Positions 20,624 to 28,525 of a stretch of 64,000 bases of DNA are shown here, piece after piece. Under the pieces are notes generated by a model. It had not been told where the DNA came from and did no database searches. It saw nothing but the letters and a program-made list of their open reading frames with translations. The first letter of the stretch is position 1. Every line of letters begins with the position of its first letter. The stretch comes from an uncultured Spirochaetota bacterium (lineage in GTDB: Bacteria > Spirochaetota > Spirochaetia > SZUA-6 > Fen-1364). The position numbers and the translations under genes are program-made. The stretch lies in assembly GCA_963734545.1 (NCBI GenBank), contig CAVTHO010000006.1, positions 352,001 through 416,000 of the forward strand. Reading direction: 5' to 3'.

Positions 20624-22435
20624 TCACCGAACCGGGGATAGTGCAGCCTTGTCGGGGATGGCGCTGTTCTTGCGATTGAACTCCTCGATCTCGCGGCTCA
20701 AAGCGTTCACCATGTCCACGAGCGAGCGTGAGGATTCCGTAATAGTCTGAATCCGCTGCGCGTTGGTTTGCGTGAGCTCGTTGATGGACTCTATCGACCT
20801 GGAAACACCCGCTATGGACGAGCTCTGCTCGTTCATGGCCTGCGTGATGTGCTCCGCTCTTCCTTTGACAAGCTGTGCGCTTTCTTCCACCACCTGGTTG
20901 GCCTGCGCCTGATCCTGCGCGCGCGTGGAGAGCTCGGAGAACGCGGCGACGATGCCGCCAATGTCCTTGATAATGGCGTTGATGCGCGACACCGCCACCG
21001 CGGTGTTCTGCATTCCGCTGCCGATTTCCTTCTCGTTGCGCCGGATCAGGCCATTGATGTTCTTGATGCTCGCGGCCGTCGCGTCAGCCAGTTTTCCTAT
21101 CTCATCTGCAACAACGGCGAAGCTGCGCCCGTACTCTCCTGCCCGGGCCGCCTCGATGGTGGCGTTGAGCGCCAGCAAGTTGATGCGGTCGGAGATGTCA
21201 TTGATGATCTCGATGATGCCGGTGATCTCGGTGGAGCTTCCCTGGATGGTCTGCATGCTCTCGTTCATGATCTTGAGCGATTCCTCGCCCGACCTCGCGT
21301 TGACCGACACTTCGTTGATGACGTTCAAGGCGTGCGACACGGTGCGGGAGAGGGCGTCCGTTGACCCGGTGAGCCTGGTCATGGTCTGTGTCAGGTTCTC
21401 CACGCCCGAAAGCTGCTTTTCGGCACTCTCCTTCACGCTGAGCGCCGAATCGGAGGTTCCCGCGATGGAGGCGCTGATCTCCTCGGTCGCAGCCGCCTGT
21501 TCATGGGAATTGTCCGTGAACTCGGCGATGCTCCGGGAGAGAGACTGGGTGTTGCTCAGGAGGGTCTCCGCGCTCGATTTGAGCACGCCCCGGATGAAAA
21601 GGTTCTGGGTCAGGTTCTTCTCCGCCTCCCGTTGTGCGCGTTCATTCGCCCGCTCCGTGTTGCGCGCCAGGTCCAGGAAGCGCCGCAGGGATCCGCCCAT
21701 GGAGAACAGGATGAAAAGGGTGATCCCGATGGTGAATCGGGAATACTTGACGTCCGGCAAGATGTCAAAAACCACCCGGCTCCCGACGGAATGGGTACCG
21801 ACGATATCTACCGCGGCGCCGTAGATGGCCAGGAGCAGACCGATGAAGGAGGGCAGAAGATACCGCAGCCGGCGACCGCGAATCATGTCCACGAGGAAGC
21901 AGCAGACTGCGTACAGGATCAACAAACCCAGGAAAGCATCCCTTGCGTCATACACGGGTCCCTGCAGGCCCCGACCGTACTCGCCCGGCCTGGTCATCCA
22001 GTCCTCGCGATGGTTGGTCACGGAGATGTACAGGTCCGGCAACAGGAAGGCGACCAGGATGAACCCGACGGCCAGCACAAGACCGCCAAACATCACCACC
22101 CTGTTGGCCTTTTGCCAGCGAGGGCCGATGACGAGCAGGCTTCCCAGCATGTAGGGAATTGCGAAGAGAAAGATGGGCCCTGCCGCCTGCTCGAGGCGGT
22201 TGAACTGCATGGCCAGCATCGGGTTGCCAAGCAAGCCTCCGATCGGCAGGACCATCGATTCTCCGAAGACAAAAACGGCCCCCGCAAAGGCCAGAATCGA
22301 CATGGCCAGGTACAGACGATCCCGCACAGAGAGGTAGATGACGGAGAAAATGAACAGACCCATGAAAAGCAGGCCGAAGCAGATGAGCGGCGGCACAAGC
22401 TGGGAGAGACTCATGGTTTCCTGGAACTGCGGCAT
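20624..22435 (-). CDS. Methyl-accepting chemotaxis protein with multi-TM N-terminal sensor
   Basis: INLLALNATIEAARAGEYGRSFAVVADEIGKLA signalling hairpin and about 7 N-terminal TM helices. Confidence 0.93.
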   Translation of the reverse strand: MPQFQETMSLSQLVPPLICFGLLFMGLFIFSVIYLSVRDRLYLAMSILAFAGAVFVFGESMVLPIGGLLGNPMLAMQFNRLEQAAGPIFLFAIPYMLGSLLVIGPRWQKANRVVMFGGLVLAVGFILVAFLLPDLYISVTNHREDWMTRPGEYGRGLQGPVYDARDAFLGLLILYAVCCFLVDMIRGRRLRYLLPSFIGLLLAIYGAAVDIVGTHSVGSRVVFDILPDVKYSRFTIGITLFILFSMGGSLRRFLDLARNTERANERAQREAEKNLTQNLFIRGVLKSSAETLLSNTQSLSRSIAEFTDNSHEQAAATEEISASIAGTSDSALSVKESAEKQLSGVENLTQTMTRLTGSTDALSRTVSHALNVINEVSVNARSGEESLKIMNESMQTIQGSSTEITGIIEIINDISDRINLLALNATIEAARAGEYGRSFAVVADEIGKLADATAASIKNINGLIRRNEKEIGSGMQNTAVAVSRINAIIKDIGGIVAAFSELSTRAQDQAQANQVVEESAQLVKGRAEHITQAMNEQSSSIAGVSRSIESINELTQTNAQRIQTITESSRSLVDMVNALSREIEEFNRKNSAIPDKAALSPVR

Positions 22436-22602
22436 AGCTCATCAACCTCTTGTGTGTATTGCCGTATCTCTGGCCGACACCGGCATCTTCAGTATACCAC
22501 TCCGTGCCGGAAATGTTTGGTCGGAAATCCAGACGGTTGACTCGCCCAACAAGCAGCTCAGCAGGGCGGCGTGCCGCCGCCCTGCCGCCGCCCTGCCGCG
22601 TC

Positions 22603-23490
22603 TCAGTCCTTCAGCAGCCCCACTTCTTTCAGCGCGCGCCGCAGGGAATCCTCGAATGTCGGCACGGGGCCGAACAGCTCCGCCTGCACGGCGGTATCGG
22701 CGATGTAGGTGCCCTTCAGGAAGTACCTGAGCATCGCGCCGAAATCCCGCATCCGCGGATTGAAAAGCCCGATCACGCGGAGCATGCCGACCGGCATGGT
22801 CTGAACCTTGATCGGTCGGCCAAGGAGCCGGGCGCATTCTGCGGCAAGGTCGGCTGCTGAAACCGGCCTGTCCATGCCGAGATCGATGCGCCTGCCGAGG
22901 GCGCGGGGCTCGTCGACCGCCATGGCCAGGCACCGCGCCACGTCATCCGGATGAATCGACGTGGAACGCGTCGTGGGAGACCCCATCGCCTGCATGGTGC
23001 CTTTCTTCAGGTTTTTCGCCCACCACCAGGCGTTGAGGAACGCGCCCGGCCGCAACGACACGAACGGAACTCCGCTGGCCTCCAGGTAGTCTTCCGTCAG
23101 TTTCTTCTGCCAGAAGTGCGGTACGTCGCGGGCCAGCTCGCAGGTGAGGATGCTGGTCAGAACGAAACGTCCGAGCTTCGCGCGGCGCGCCGCGTCGATG
23201 AGGTTCCTGTTGCCAAGACCATCGACGCTCTCGAGAGTGTCGCCCGGCTTGCGCGCGCTGTAGCCTATTGCGGTCGTGACTAGGGATGCCGCACCGGCCA
23301 GCGCGCGGTCCAGGGACGGAGGGTCGAGCATGTTCCCTCGAACGATTTCCACTCCCGGGCCGGCCAGCGGACCGGGATCGGTACCGTCGCGGACAAGCGC
23401 CCGTACGGGCTTGCCGCGCGCAACAAGGGCGCGGACCACCCGCTGCCCGAGATAGCCTGTTGCCCCCACGACCAGTACCGGTGCATTCAT
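22603..23490 (-). CDS. NmrA-like/atypical SDR NAD(P)H-binding protein
   Basis: VLVVGATGYLG, NLIDAA, K..TEDYL, LRPGAF. Confidence 0.88.
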   Translation of the reverse strand: MNAPVLVVGATGYLGQRVVRALVARGKPVRALVRDGTDPGPLAGPGVEIVRGNMLDPPSLDRALAGAASLVTTAIGYSARKPGDTLESVDGLGNRNLIDAARRAKLGRFVLTSILTCELARDVPHFWQKKLTEDYLEASGVPFVSLRPGAFLNAWWWAKNLKKGTMQAMGSPTTRSTSIHPDDVARCLAMAVDEPRALGRRIDLGMDRPVSAADLAAECARLLGRPIKVQTMPVGMLRVIGLFNPRMRDFGAMLRYFLKGTYIADTAVQAELFGPVPTFEDSLRRALKEVGLLKD

Positions 23491-23561
23491 GAGCATAAGG
23501 TACTGAGGCGCTGTTCGGCGGGCCACCTGGCCGGATGGGGAGGGAGAGAGTGCAGGGCAGT

Positions 23562-24869
23562 CTACCGGGCCGGAAACTCCAGCCTGTGCGTGCGCTCTAT
23601 GGCCTCGCGCGCGTCGTCCGCAACCCGCGCCTGCTCCGCGTACTCCGGCCACCTCTTCACCGCGGCGCGAACCTCTTCCACGATGGATTCGGCGCGTCCC
23701 CGTTTCATGGAGGTGCTCTTTGCGCAGGCGCGAAAATCCTCCCGCGTGAATCCGTCCCGCTTGCCGTTCATGGTCATCTGGTGGGTTGCGGTCCAGTCTC
23801 CGGCAGGATTGAAGCTGTAGGTCACATCGAAGGCGGGCGCGAGAGACCATCGCCCATCCTTGTCCATGAGGAACGCGATGTTCTTGGCGTGATCGTCCTG
23901 GTTGCGTGCCACGATGTTGAATGCCATGCGGCGGAACTGCTCCTCCACCGTCTCCATGGACAGGTTCAACCGGCGGATGATGAGCAGCGCCTGCTCGTAC
24001 CCGTATGCGCCCGGCTGGTTGAAGTCGAAGTGGGCAAGGGCGCACAACGACTGCATGTGGATCTTCTCTCCACCCTTCCGCCTGTCAAACCGACGGCTCA
24101 TGAAATGACGCCGGCCGTTTTCTTCGAGCAGCCTGCAGTCGCTCATCTGCACGCCTGCTGTCTTTGCCATGAGAGAATAGGCGTACTCGATGGCGCCGTA
24201 GCCCTTTGGATCCTCGAGCTCCTTGTCCTTGTTTCCCGAGACGCCATCGAACTTCAACAGCCAGTATTCGAATCCCGCTCCGGCCGCAATCTGGCCTGAG
24301 CGGACTTCATCTGTATCAGGGTTCCAGGCGATGACTGCCTTGGCCCGCGCGCCGCCCGCAGAGGTGCCGACACGGAGAATGTCCTGGAGGGCCTTCTTTC
24401 TCCTGTCGCTGGAGAAAGCGCCTTTGATGTTCCCGCGTTGATTGAGCACCTCCGAAGCCAGCTCCACCAGCGCGTCAATCTGGATCATGCGGGCGCGCTG
24501 CGGTCTGGGGCCGGTTGCAGGCAGGTACTCCAGCGCACCCATGCCTCTCGTTCCGGTATAGCAGAGCCTTTCCACCGCGTTGAAACTCTCAGGCGTTCTC
24601 CCCTGCGTGGCAAGCCATGCGTTGATCAGCGCATCTCCAAACCTGTCGGGCAGCGAATCCGCCAGGAGGCCGGGCAGACCGTGAAAGGTCCGCTGCGGCA
24701 GGTCCGGAAAAACATGGACCCGGTCTGAGAGTGGAAGGGTGATGGGCGACACCTGGATTCCACTTCGCGCAAATGCAGGATCGTACTGGAAGGCTGCGAT
24801 CCTTGCATCGTCCTCCAATGAAACCGCCCCGATGGTTCGTCCCCAGAGCCTCACCTTCGCGAGGGTCAC
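23562..24869 (-). CDS. hipA: HipA family Ser/Thr kinase toxin
   Basis: Couple_hipA N-terminus (DSLPDRFG), SAGGARAK, WLLKFD, NQDDHAKN, LAPAFD. Confidence 0.95.
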   Translation of the reverse strand: MTLAKVRLWGRTIGAVSLEDDARIAAFQYDPAFARSGIQVSPITLPLSDRVHVFPDLPQRTFHGLPGLLADSLPDRFGDALINAWLATQGRTPESFNAVERLCYTGTRGMGALEYLPATGPRPQRARMIQIDALVELASEVLNQRGNIKGAFSSDRRKKALQDILRVGTSAGGARAKAVIAWNPDTDEVRSGQIAAGAGFEYWLLKFDGVSGNKDKELEDPKGYGAIEYAYSLMAKTAGVQMSDCRLLEENGRRHFMSRRFDRRKGGEKIHMQSLCALAHFDFNQPGAYGYEQALLIIRRLNLSMETVEEQFRRMAFNIVARNQDDHAKNIAFLMDKDGRWSLAPAFDVTYSFNPAGDWTATHQMTMNGKRDGFTREDFRACAKSTSMKRGRAESIVEEVRAAVKRWPEYAEQARVADDAREAIERTHRLEFPAR

Positions 24870-25294
24870 TGTTCGTCGCCCCCGTGCGCGTCACCCCCGT
24901 GCGCGTCAGCCCTGTCAGCGTCGGCCCCGTTGGCGTCAGCCCTGTCAGCATCGGCCCATTTCCACTTTTCAGGGGATGGATTGGCGATGCGGGGGGCCGA
25001 GGCGCGCTTGCGTGTTCGTCCTCTGAGCTTTAGCTGCGCCACCGGGCTTGGCAGCGGCTCCGGTATCAGCGCTTCGAACCTCTCCAGCAGATCGAGCACC
25101 CGGCACACGCGGATGAAACCCGAGAGTTGTGTGCCCACGCCACCGGATTCCAGCCTCTCAACCGTGCGCTTTGAGACACCGGCCTGCTCTGCCAGTTGGG
25201 CCTGAGTGAGATTCAGATCGAGACGGATCCTGGCCATTCGTGCTCCAAGCTCTCTCATGACTGCATTATCGGAAGCCAGCTTTGTTATTTTCAT
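24866..25294 (-). CDS. hipB: XRE-HTH antitoxin HipB
   Basis: LTQAQLAEQAGVSKRTVERLESG. GTGA overlap with the hipA start. Confidence 0.9.
   Translation of the reverse strand: MKITKLASDNAVMRELGARMARIRLDLNLTQAQLAEQAGVSKRTVERLESGGVGTQLSGFIRVCRVLDLLERFEALIPEPLPSPVAQLKLRGRTRKRASAPRIANPSPEKWKWADADRADANGADADRADAHGGDAHGGDEQ
24876..24957. repeat. Imperfect 15-bp tandem repeat (about 5.5 units) in the hipB 3' end
   Basis: tcgcccccgtgcgcg / tcacccccgtgcgcg / tcagccctgtcagcg / tcggccccgttggcg / tcagccctgtcagca / tcggccc. Confidence 0.9.
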
Positions 25295-25297
25295 AAT

Positions 25298-25353
25298 ACG
25301 TCAAATATGGCGAATTAAAATATAAATGTCAAGTTATTCGTCAAAAATGACGA
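25298..25353 (-). promoter_or_regulatory. hipBA promoter with two operator palindromes
   Basis: TCGTCA-N4-TGACGA 25338-25353 and degenerate ACGTCA-N4-TGGCGA 25298-25313. Minus-strand TTGACA 25332-25327, 17 nt, CATATT. Confidence 0.7.
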
Positions 25354-25445
25354 TTAATACTAAATAATAATTGCGGTTGGGAAGCGTCGCGAGGGGATTT
25401 GCGTCCGAGGGCGTCCGAAAAGCAAACGAGCTTCCGTCCGATTCA

Positions 25446-25474
25446 TTGACATATTTATGACCATCCAATATGCT
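25446..25474 (+). promoter_or_regulatory. Sigma70-type promoter of vapBC
   Basis: TTGACA 25446-25451, 17 nt, TATGCT 25469-25474, ATG 7 nt later. Confidence 0.75.
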
Positions 25475-25481
25475 TTTATGC

Positions 25482-25727
25482 ATGAGAACGACAATTGACA
25501 TCCAGGATGACTTACTGGTCGAGCTGAAACGGCTAGCAGCGGAAAGCAACCGAACTCTCAAGGATCTGGTGGAAGACGCCATCCGGGCCGCGCTCGCGCT
25601 GCGTCGATCGGAGGTGACCGGCGCAACACGCCAGGCTCTCATCACTTTCCGGGGAAAAGGCGTCCAGAGAGGAGTGAACCTGGACAGTACGAGCGAGCTT
25701 CTCGACCTCATGGAGGGCCGTGGATGA
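25482..25727 (+). CDS. vapB: VapB-type RHH antitoxin
   Basis: MRTTIDIQDDLL..LK..AA...TLKDLVEDAIR, GVNLDS tail. ATGA overlap with the PIN gene. Confidence 0.88.
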   Translation: MRTTIDIQDDLLVELKRLAAESNRTLKDLVEDAIRAALALRRSEVTGATRQALITFRGKGVQRGVNLDSTSELLDLMEGRG

Positions 25728-26155
25728 TTCTCTGCGACGTCAACGTTCTCATCTATGCCCATAGAGAAGAATGTGATCGACACGATGAGTACAAGGCGTG
25801 GATGGAAACGCTGATGCGGAGCGGGTCGGCATACGGCGTTTCGGATCTGGTGCTCAGCGGTTGTCTTCGTATCCTTACCCATCCACGCATTTTCGATCCG
25901 CCGAGCCCTGCGCGAACGGCCATGGCGTTCGTCCGCCAGCTTCGAGAGGACACGCACGCGGTGGTGATCTCCCCAGGACGCCGGCATTGGAGCATCTTCC
26001 AGGAGCTTTGCGAGACGTGCGATGCGCGGGGCAACCTTGTATCAGATGCATACCTCGCCGCGCTCGCCATTGAATCGGGAAGCGAATGGATCAGCACGGA
26101 CCGGGATTTTGCGCGCTTCCCCGGCCTTCGCTGGCATCATCCGCTGGAAAAGTGA
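25724..26155 (+). CDS. vapC: VapC PIN-domain ribonuclease toxin
   Basis: MILCDVNVLIYA, GNLVSDAYLAALAIE, STDRDFARFPGL. Confidence 0.93.
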   Translation: MILCDVNVLIYAHREECDRHDEYKAWMETLMRSGSAYGVSDLVLSGCLRILTHPRIFDPPSPARTAMAFVRQLREDTHAVVISPGRRHWSIFQELCETCDARGNLVSDAYLAALAIESGSEWISTDRDFARFPGLRWHHPLEK

Positions 26156-26179
26156 AAGAAACGTCCTCCGCGCCGCCGC

Positions 26180-26545
26180 TCACCCGTGAGTTTGCTCGAC
26201 GAACTGAACACTCATGCCGTCAGGGTCCCGGACGAAAAAAAACCGGATGCCCGGGTTGGGCTGGAATGGTCCGCTGTCAATCTGGATTCCCCTGGATCTG
26301 AAATCCTCGAGCGTGGCAGCCAGGTTGCTGACCAGGAATCCCAGCCCTACCGGTGCTCTCAGGTCAACAACGGGATTCTTGCTGTCGCAGATCAACTCTA
26401 CCAGCGTCTCTCCCTCGCCAAGAAAGGCAATCTTCAGACCGGGAGCATCCATCTGGCGCTTCAAGGGAAGCCCTGCAACCTCCTTGTAGAATTTCAGAGA
26501 TTTCTCGAAGTCTGAAACATTCAAAGTTGTCCAAAGGAATTTCAT
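26180..26545 (-). CDS. VOC/glyoxalase family protein
   Basis: TLNVSDFEKSLKFY, VELI, FFFVRDPDG. Confidence 0.9.
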   Translation of the reverse strand: MKFLWTTLNVSDFEKSLKFYKEVAGLPLKRQMDAPGLKIAFLGEGETLVELICDSKNPVVDLRAPVGLGFLVSNLAATLEDFRSRGIQIDSGPFQPNPGIRFFFVRDPDGMSVQFVEQTHG

Positions 26546-27100
26546 TGAGAGTGCCTCCCTGATTCAAGGCTTGTGTCAGCCGCTTTCCGGATAGCCTCGG
26601 CAATCTCACCGGGTTTTCTGACCATGCAATAGCGCCAAGTCCCGAACCGGCCGTCAGCGTTCACTGCCTTTACCCAGCGGTCTGCCGCCTGCGCCTTGAT
26701 GTCGGCAAGCTCGTCGAATCCTTTGGTCTCCAGTACCAGGTATCGGTCGGGCTCGCCGGCGAGCCTGATGATGAAGTCCGGGACATATTCGTGGGGCTGG
26801 CCATTAGCACAGGGACTTCCGGTTCTTCTCCCTTGCTGGAATCCGGCTTGATGGCTTCCACCAGGCGTTCGATCACCCAGCAGTAGTACGGCGAAAGGAA
26901 GATGTCCAGTACGTCCGCGGGTGGCGTGGCAATCACCTTCTCCTTGAGATATCGCTGCACGACCGCGGCCACCTGGGGGAAAAGCACATGGGCGGGAGGA
27001 TGCGGGCCGCCCTGCGCCAGGCAGTCACGGGTCAGGTCACGGGCAAGCTCGAAAGCAAGCTCCTGCTGACGTCGTCCCTGCCGGTAGGCGTTATGTTGCT
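26542..27100 (-). pseudogene. C-terminal remnant of a type III restriction endonuclease (Res subunit)
   Basis: ..AFELARDL..VLFPQV..VQRYL.., then in a second frame EYVPDFIIRL..LVLETKG..K..AA.RWVKAVNADGRFGTWRY. No helicase part and no start codon. Confidence 0.75.
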
Positions 27101-27127
27101 TCAGGATCTACGGAAACCCGATTCCTG

Positions 27128-27156
27128 TTGACAATTGGGTGACAAGGTGGTACCTT
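27128..27156 (+). promoter_or_regulatory. Sigma70-type promoter of the phd-PIN pair
   Basis: TTGACA 27128-27133, 17 nt, TGg-TACCTT ending 27156. GAGG RBS before ATG 27177. Confidence 0.65.
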
Positions 27157-27176
27157 CGTTCTTGAAGAGGTGACCC

Positions 27177-27464
27177 ATGAGGTTCATTACAGTGCGGGAT
27201 CTGCGCACGACTCCGGCGCAGGTGTGGAAACTGCTTCCCGAAGAACAGGAGATCGTCATTACTAACAATGGGAAGCCCATCGCCCTACTCACGCCACTGA
27301 CTGACGCTGATCTAGAGGACACGCTCGCATCCGTGCGACGAGCGCGCGCGATCAACGCGGTCAAGAAGATGCAAGCTGCTGCCGTAGCGGAAGGAATTTC
27401 TGGCATGACCATGGAGGACATTGATCAGGAGATCCAGGCCTATCGAAAAAACAGAAAGAAATGA
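27177..27464 (+). CDS. Phd/YefM family antitoxin
   Basis: MRFITVRDLR..IVITNNGKPIALL. Confidence 0.9.
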   Translation: MRFITVRDLRTTPAQVWKLLPEEQEIVITNNGKPIALLTPLTDADLEDTLASVRRARAINAVKKMQAAAVAEGISGMTMEDIDQEIQAYRKNRKK

Positions 27465-27859
27465 CAGTCGTACTGGATACAAATATGCTCGTCTCTGCCC
27501 TGATCAATCCCGCAGGAGTCCCGGCAACAATCCTAGGTCTGCTTCTGAACGGAAAGCTCACCGTACTCTACGACAACCGTATCCTGGAGGAATACAGGGA
27601 AGTGCTATCCAGGCAGAAGTTCCACTTCAAAAAGAACCTGATCCTTCAACTTCTTGACTACGTCAGGCACGAGGGCGAGTTTATTGCCGTCGAACCGCTG
27701 CGAGTCCCTTCTGTCAGAGAAGATGACAAGATGTTCTACGAAGTTGCAAAGAGCGGAAAGGCTCAATTCCTTGTCACCGGCAACAAGAAGCATTTTCCAA
27801 GTGAGGATATGGTGAGAACGCCCAAGGAGTTTGTTGACATGTATCTGTCCAGAGAGTAG
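27461..27859 (+). CDS. PIN family putative toxin
   Basis: VVLDTNMLVSAL, ILEEYREVL, DDKMFYEVA, LVTGNKKHFP. ATGA overlap with the antitoxin. Confidence 0.9.
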   Translation: MTVVLDTNMLVSALINPAGVPATILGLLLNGKLTVLYDNRILEEYREVLSRQKFHFKKNLILQLLDYVRHEGEFIAVEPLRVPSVREDDKMFYEVAKSGKAQFLVTGNKKHFPSEDMVRTPKEFVDMYLSRE

Positions 27860-27865
27860 TGCCAG

Positions 27866-28114
27866 GGTTTTCTCTCGGCTCATCACTTCTTCATATTCCT
27901 TTAGGATCCGGCTGCTATAGAGGAGAGTGATCCGACCGTTTATCAAGAGATTGACTATTTGAGCCGGCGTACCTTCGACATTTATCATCCCTGAAATGAG
28001 CACGTTGATCTTCTTCAAAGCGGTGGCTGCGCGCGCGCGTCTCACCGCCGCTGCCGTGTCTTCTATATCGGAGTCACTCAGCGGGGTAAGAAGGGCGATG
28101 GGCTTGCCATTGTT
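27866..28114 (-). pseudogene. Inverted, internally deleted paralogue of the phd-PIN pair (in-frame antitoxin-toxin chimera)
   Basis: NNGKPIALLTPLSDSDIEDTAAAVRRARAATALKK joined directly to NVLISGMINVEGTPAQIVNLLINGRITLLYSSRILKEYEEVMSREK. Confidence 0.85.
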
Positions 28115-28155
28115 GGGGCCGGAGCTATCCGATCTCCGGGATTGAAAGGGACCGG

Positions 28156-28245
28156 CGGATTCGCCCAGAGCGAATGGGGACGACCCTCACGTTTGAGGAC
28201 ACAGCCGTGATAGCGGAGGTGTCTCAGGAGAGTTGTCCTTTTCAC
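28156..28245 (-). pseudogene. hicA: Truncated HicA toxin (first about 30 codons)
   Basis: GTG overlapping the hicB stop reads MKRTTLLRHLRYHGCVLKREGRPHSLWANP, then similarity is lost. Confidence 0.7.
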
Positions 28246-28472
28246 GAGAGACTGACTACGTCCTGCAGCGCCTCAGCAGACAGACCGCGTTGAGCGTCCT
28301 CCCTCCTTTCCTTGAGGATGAATGCAATCGCGTCTGCGAGATTCTTTTTGCATTCGTCGACTGTCGCACCCTGACCGTTAGCCCCGGGGATCTCAGGACA
28401 ATAGCCGATGTACCACTTGCCATCACGTTCGATGATTGCCGTGAACTCGTTGTGGAGTGTGTGCTTCGACAT
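28242..28472 (-). CDS. hicB: HicB family antitoxin (short form)
   Basis: FTAIIERDGKWYIGYCPEIPGANGQGATVDECKKNLADAI. Confidence 0.9.
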   Translation of the reverse strand: MSKHTLHNEFTAIIERDGKWYIGYCPEIPGANGQGATVDECKKNLADAIAFILKERREDAQRGLSAEALQDVVSLS

Positions 28473-28525
28473 GTATCTATCGTACCGCGAGCGGGTTCTG
28501 CGGACAAGTTCCGAGTGCCGTTAAC

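Noticed and set aside
24876-24957. Possible mini-CRISPR array
   Set aside because: Units are contiguous 15-mers without spacers, in frame inside hipB, and no cas genes are present.
23562-28520. TA cluster as an integron cassette array
   Set aside because: Genes lie in mixed orientation, I found no repeated attC-like palindromes with matching RYYYAAC/GTTRRRY ends, and there is no integrase.
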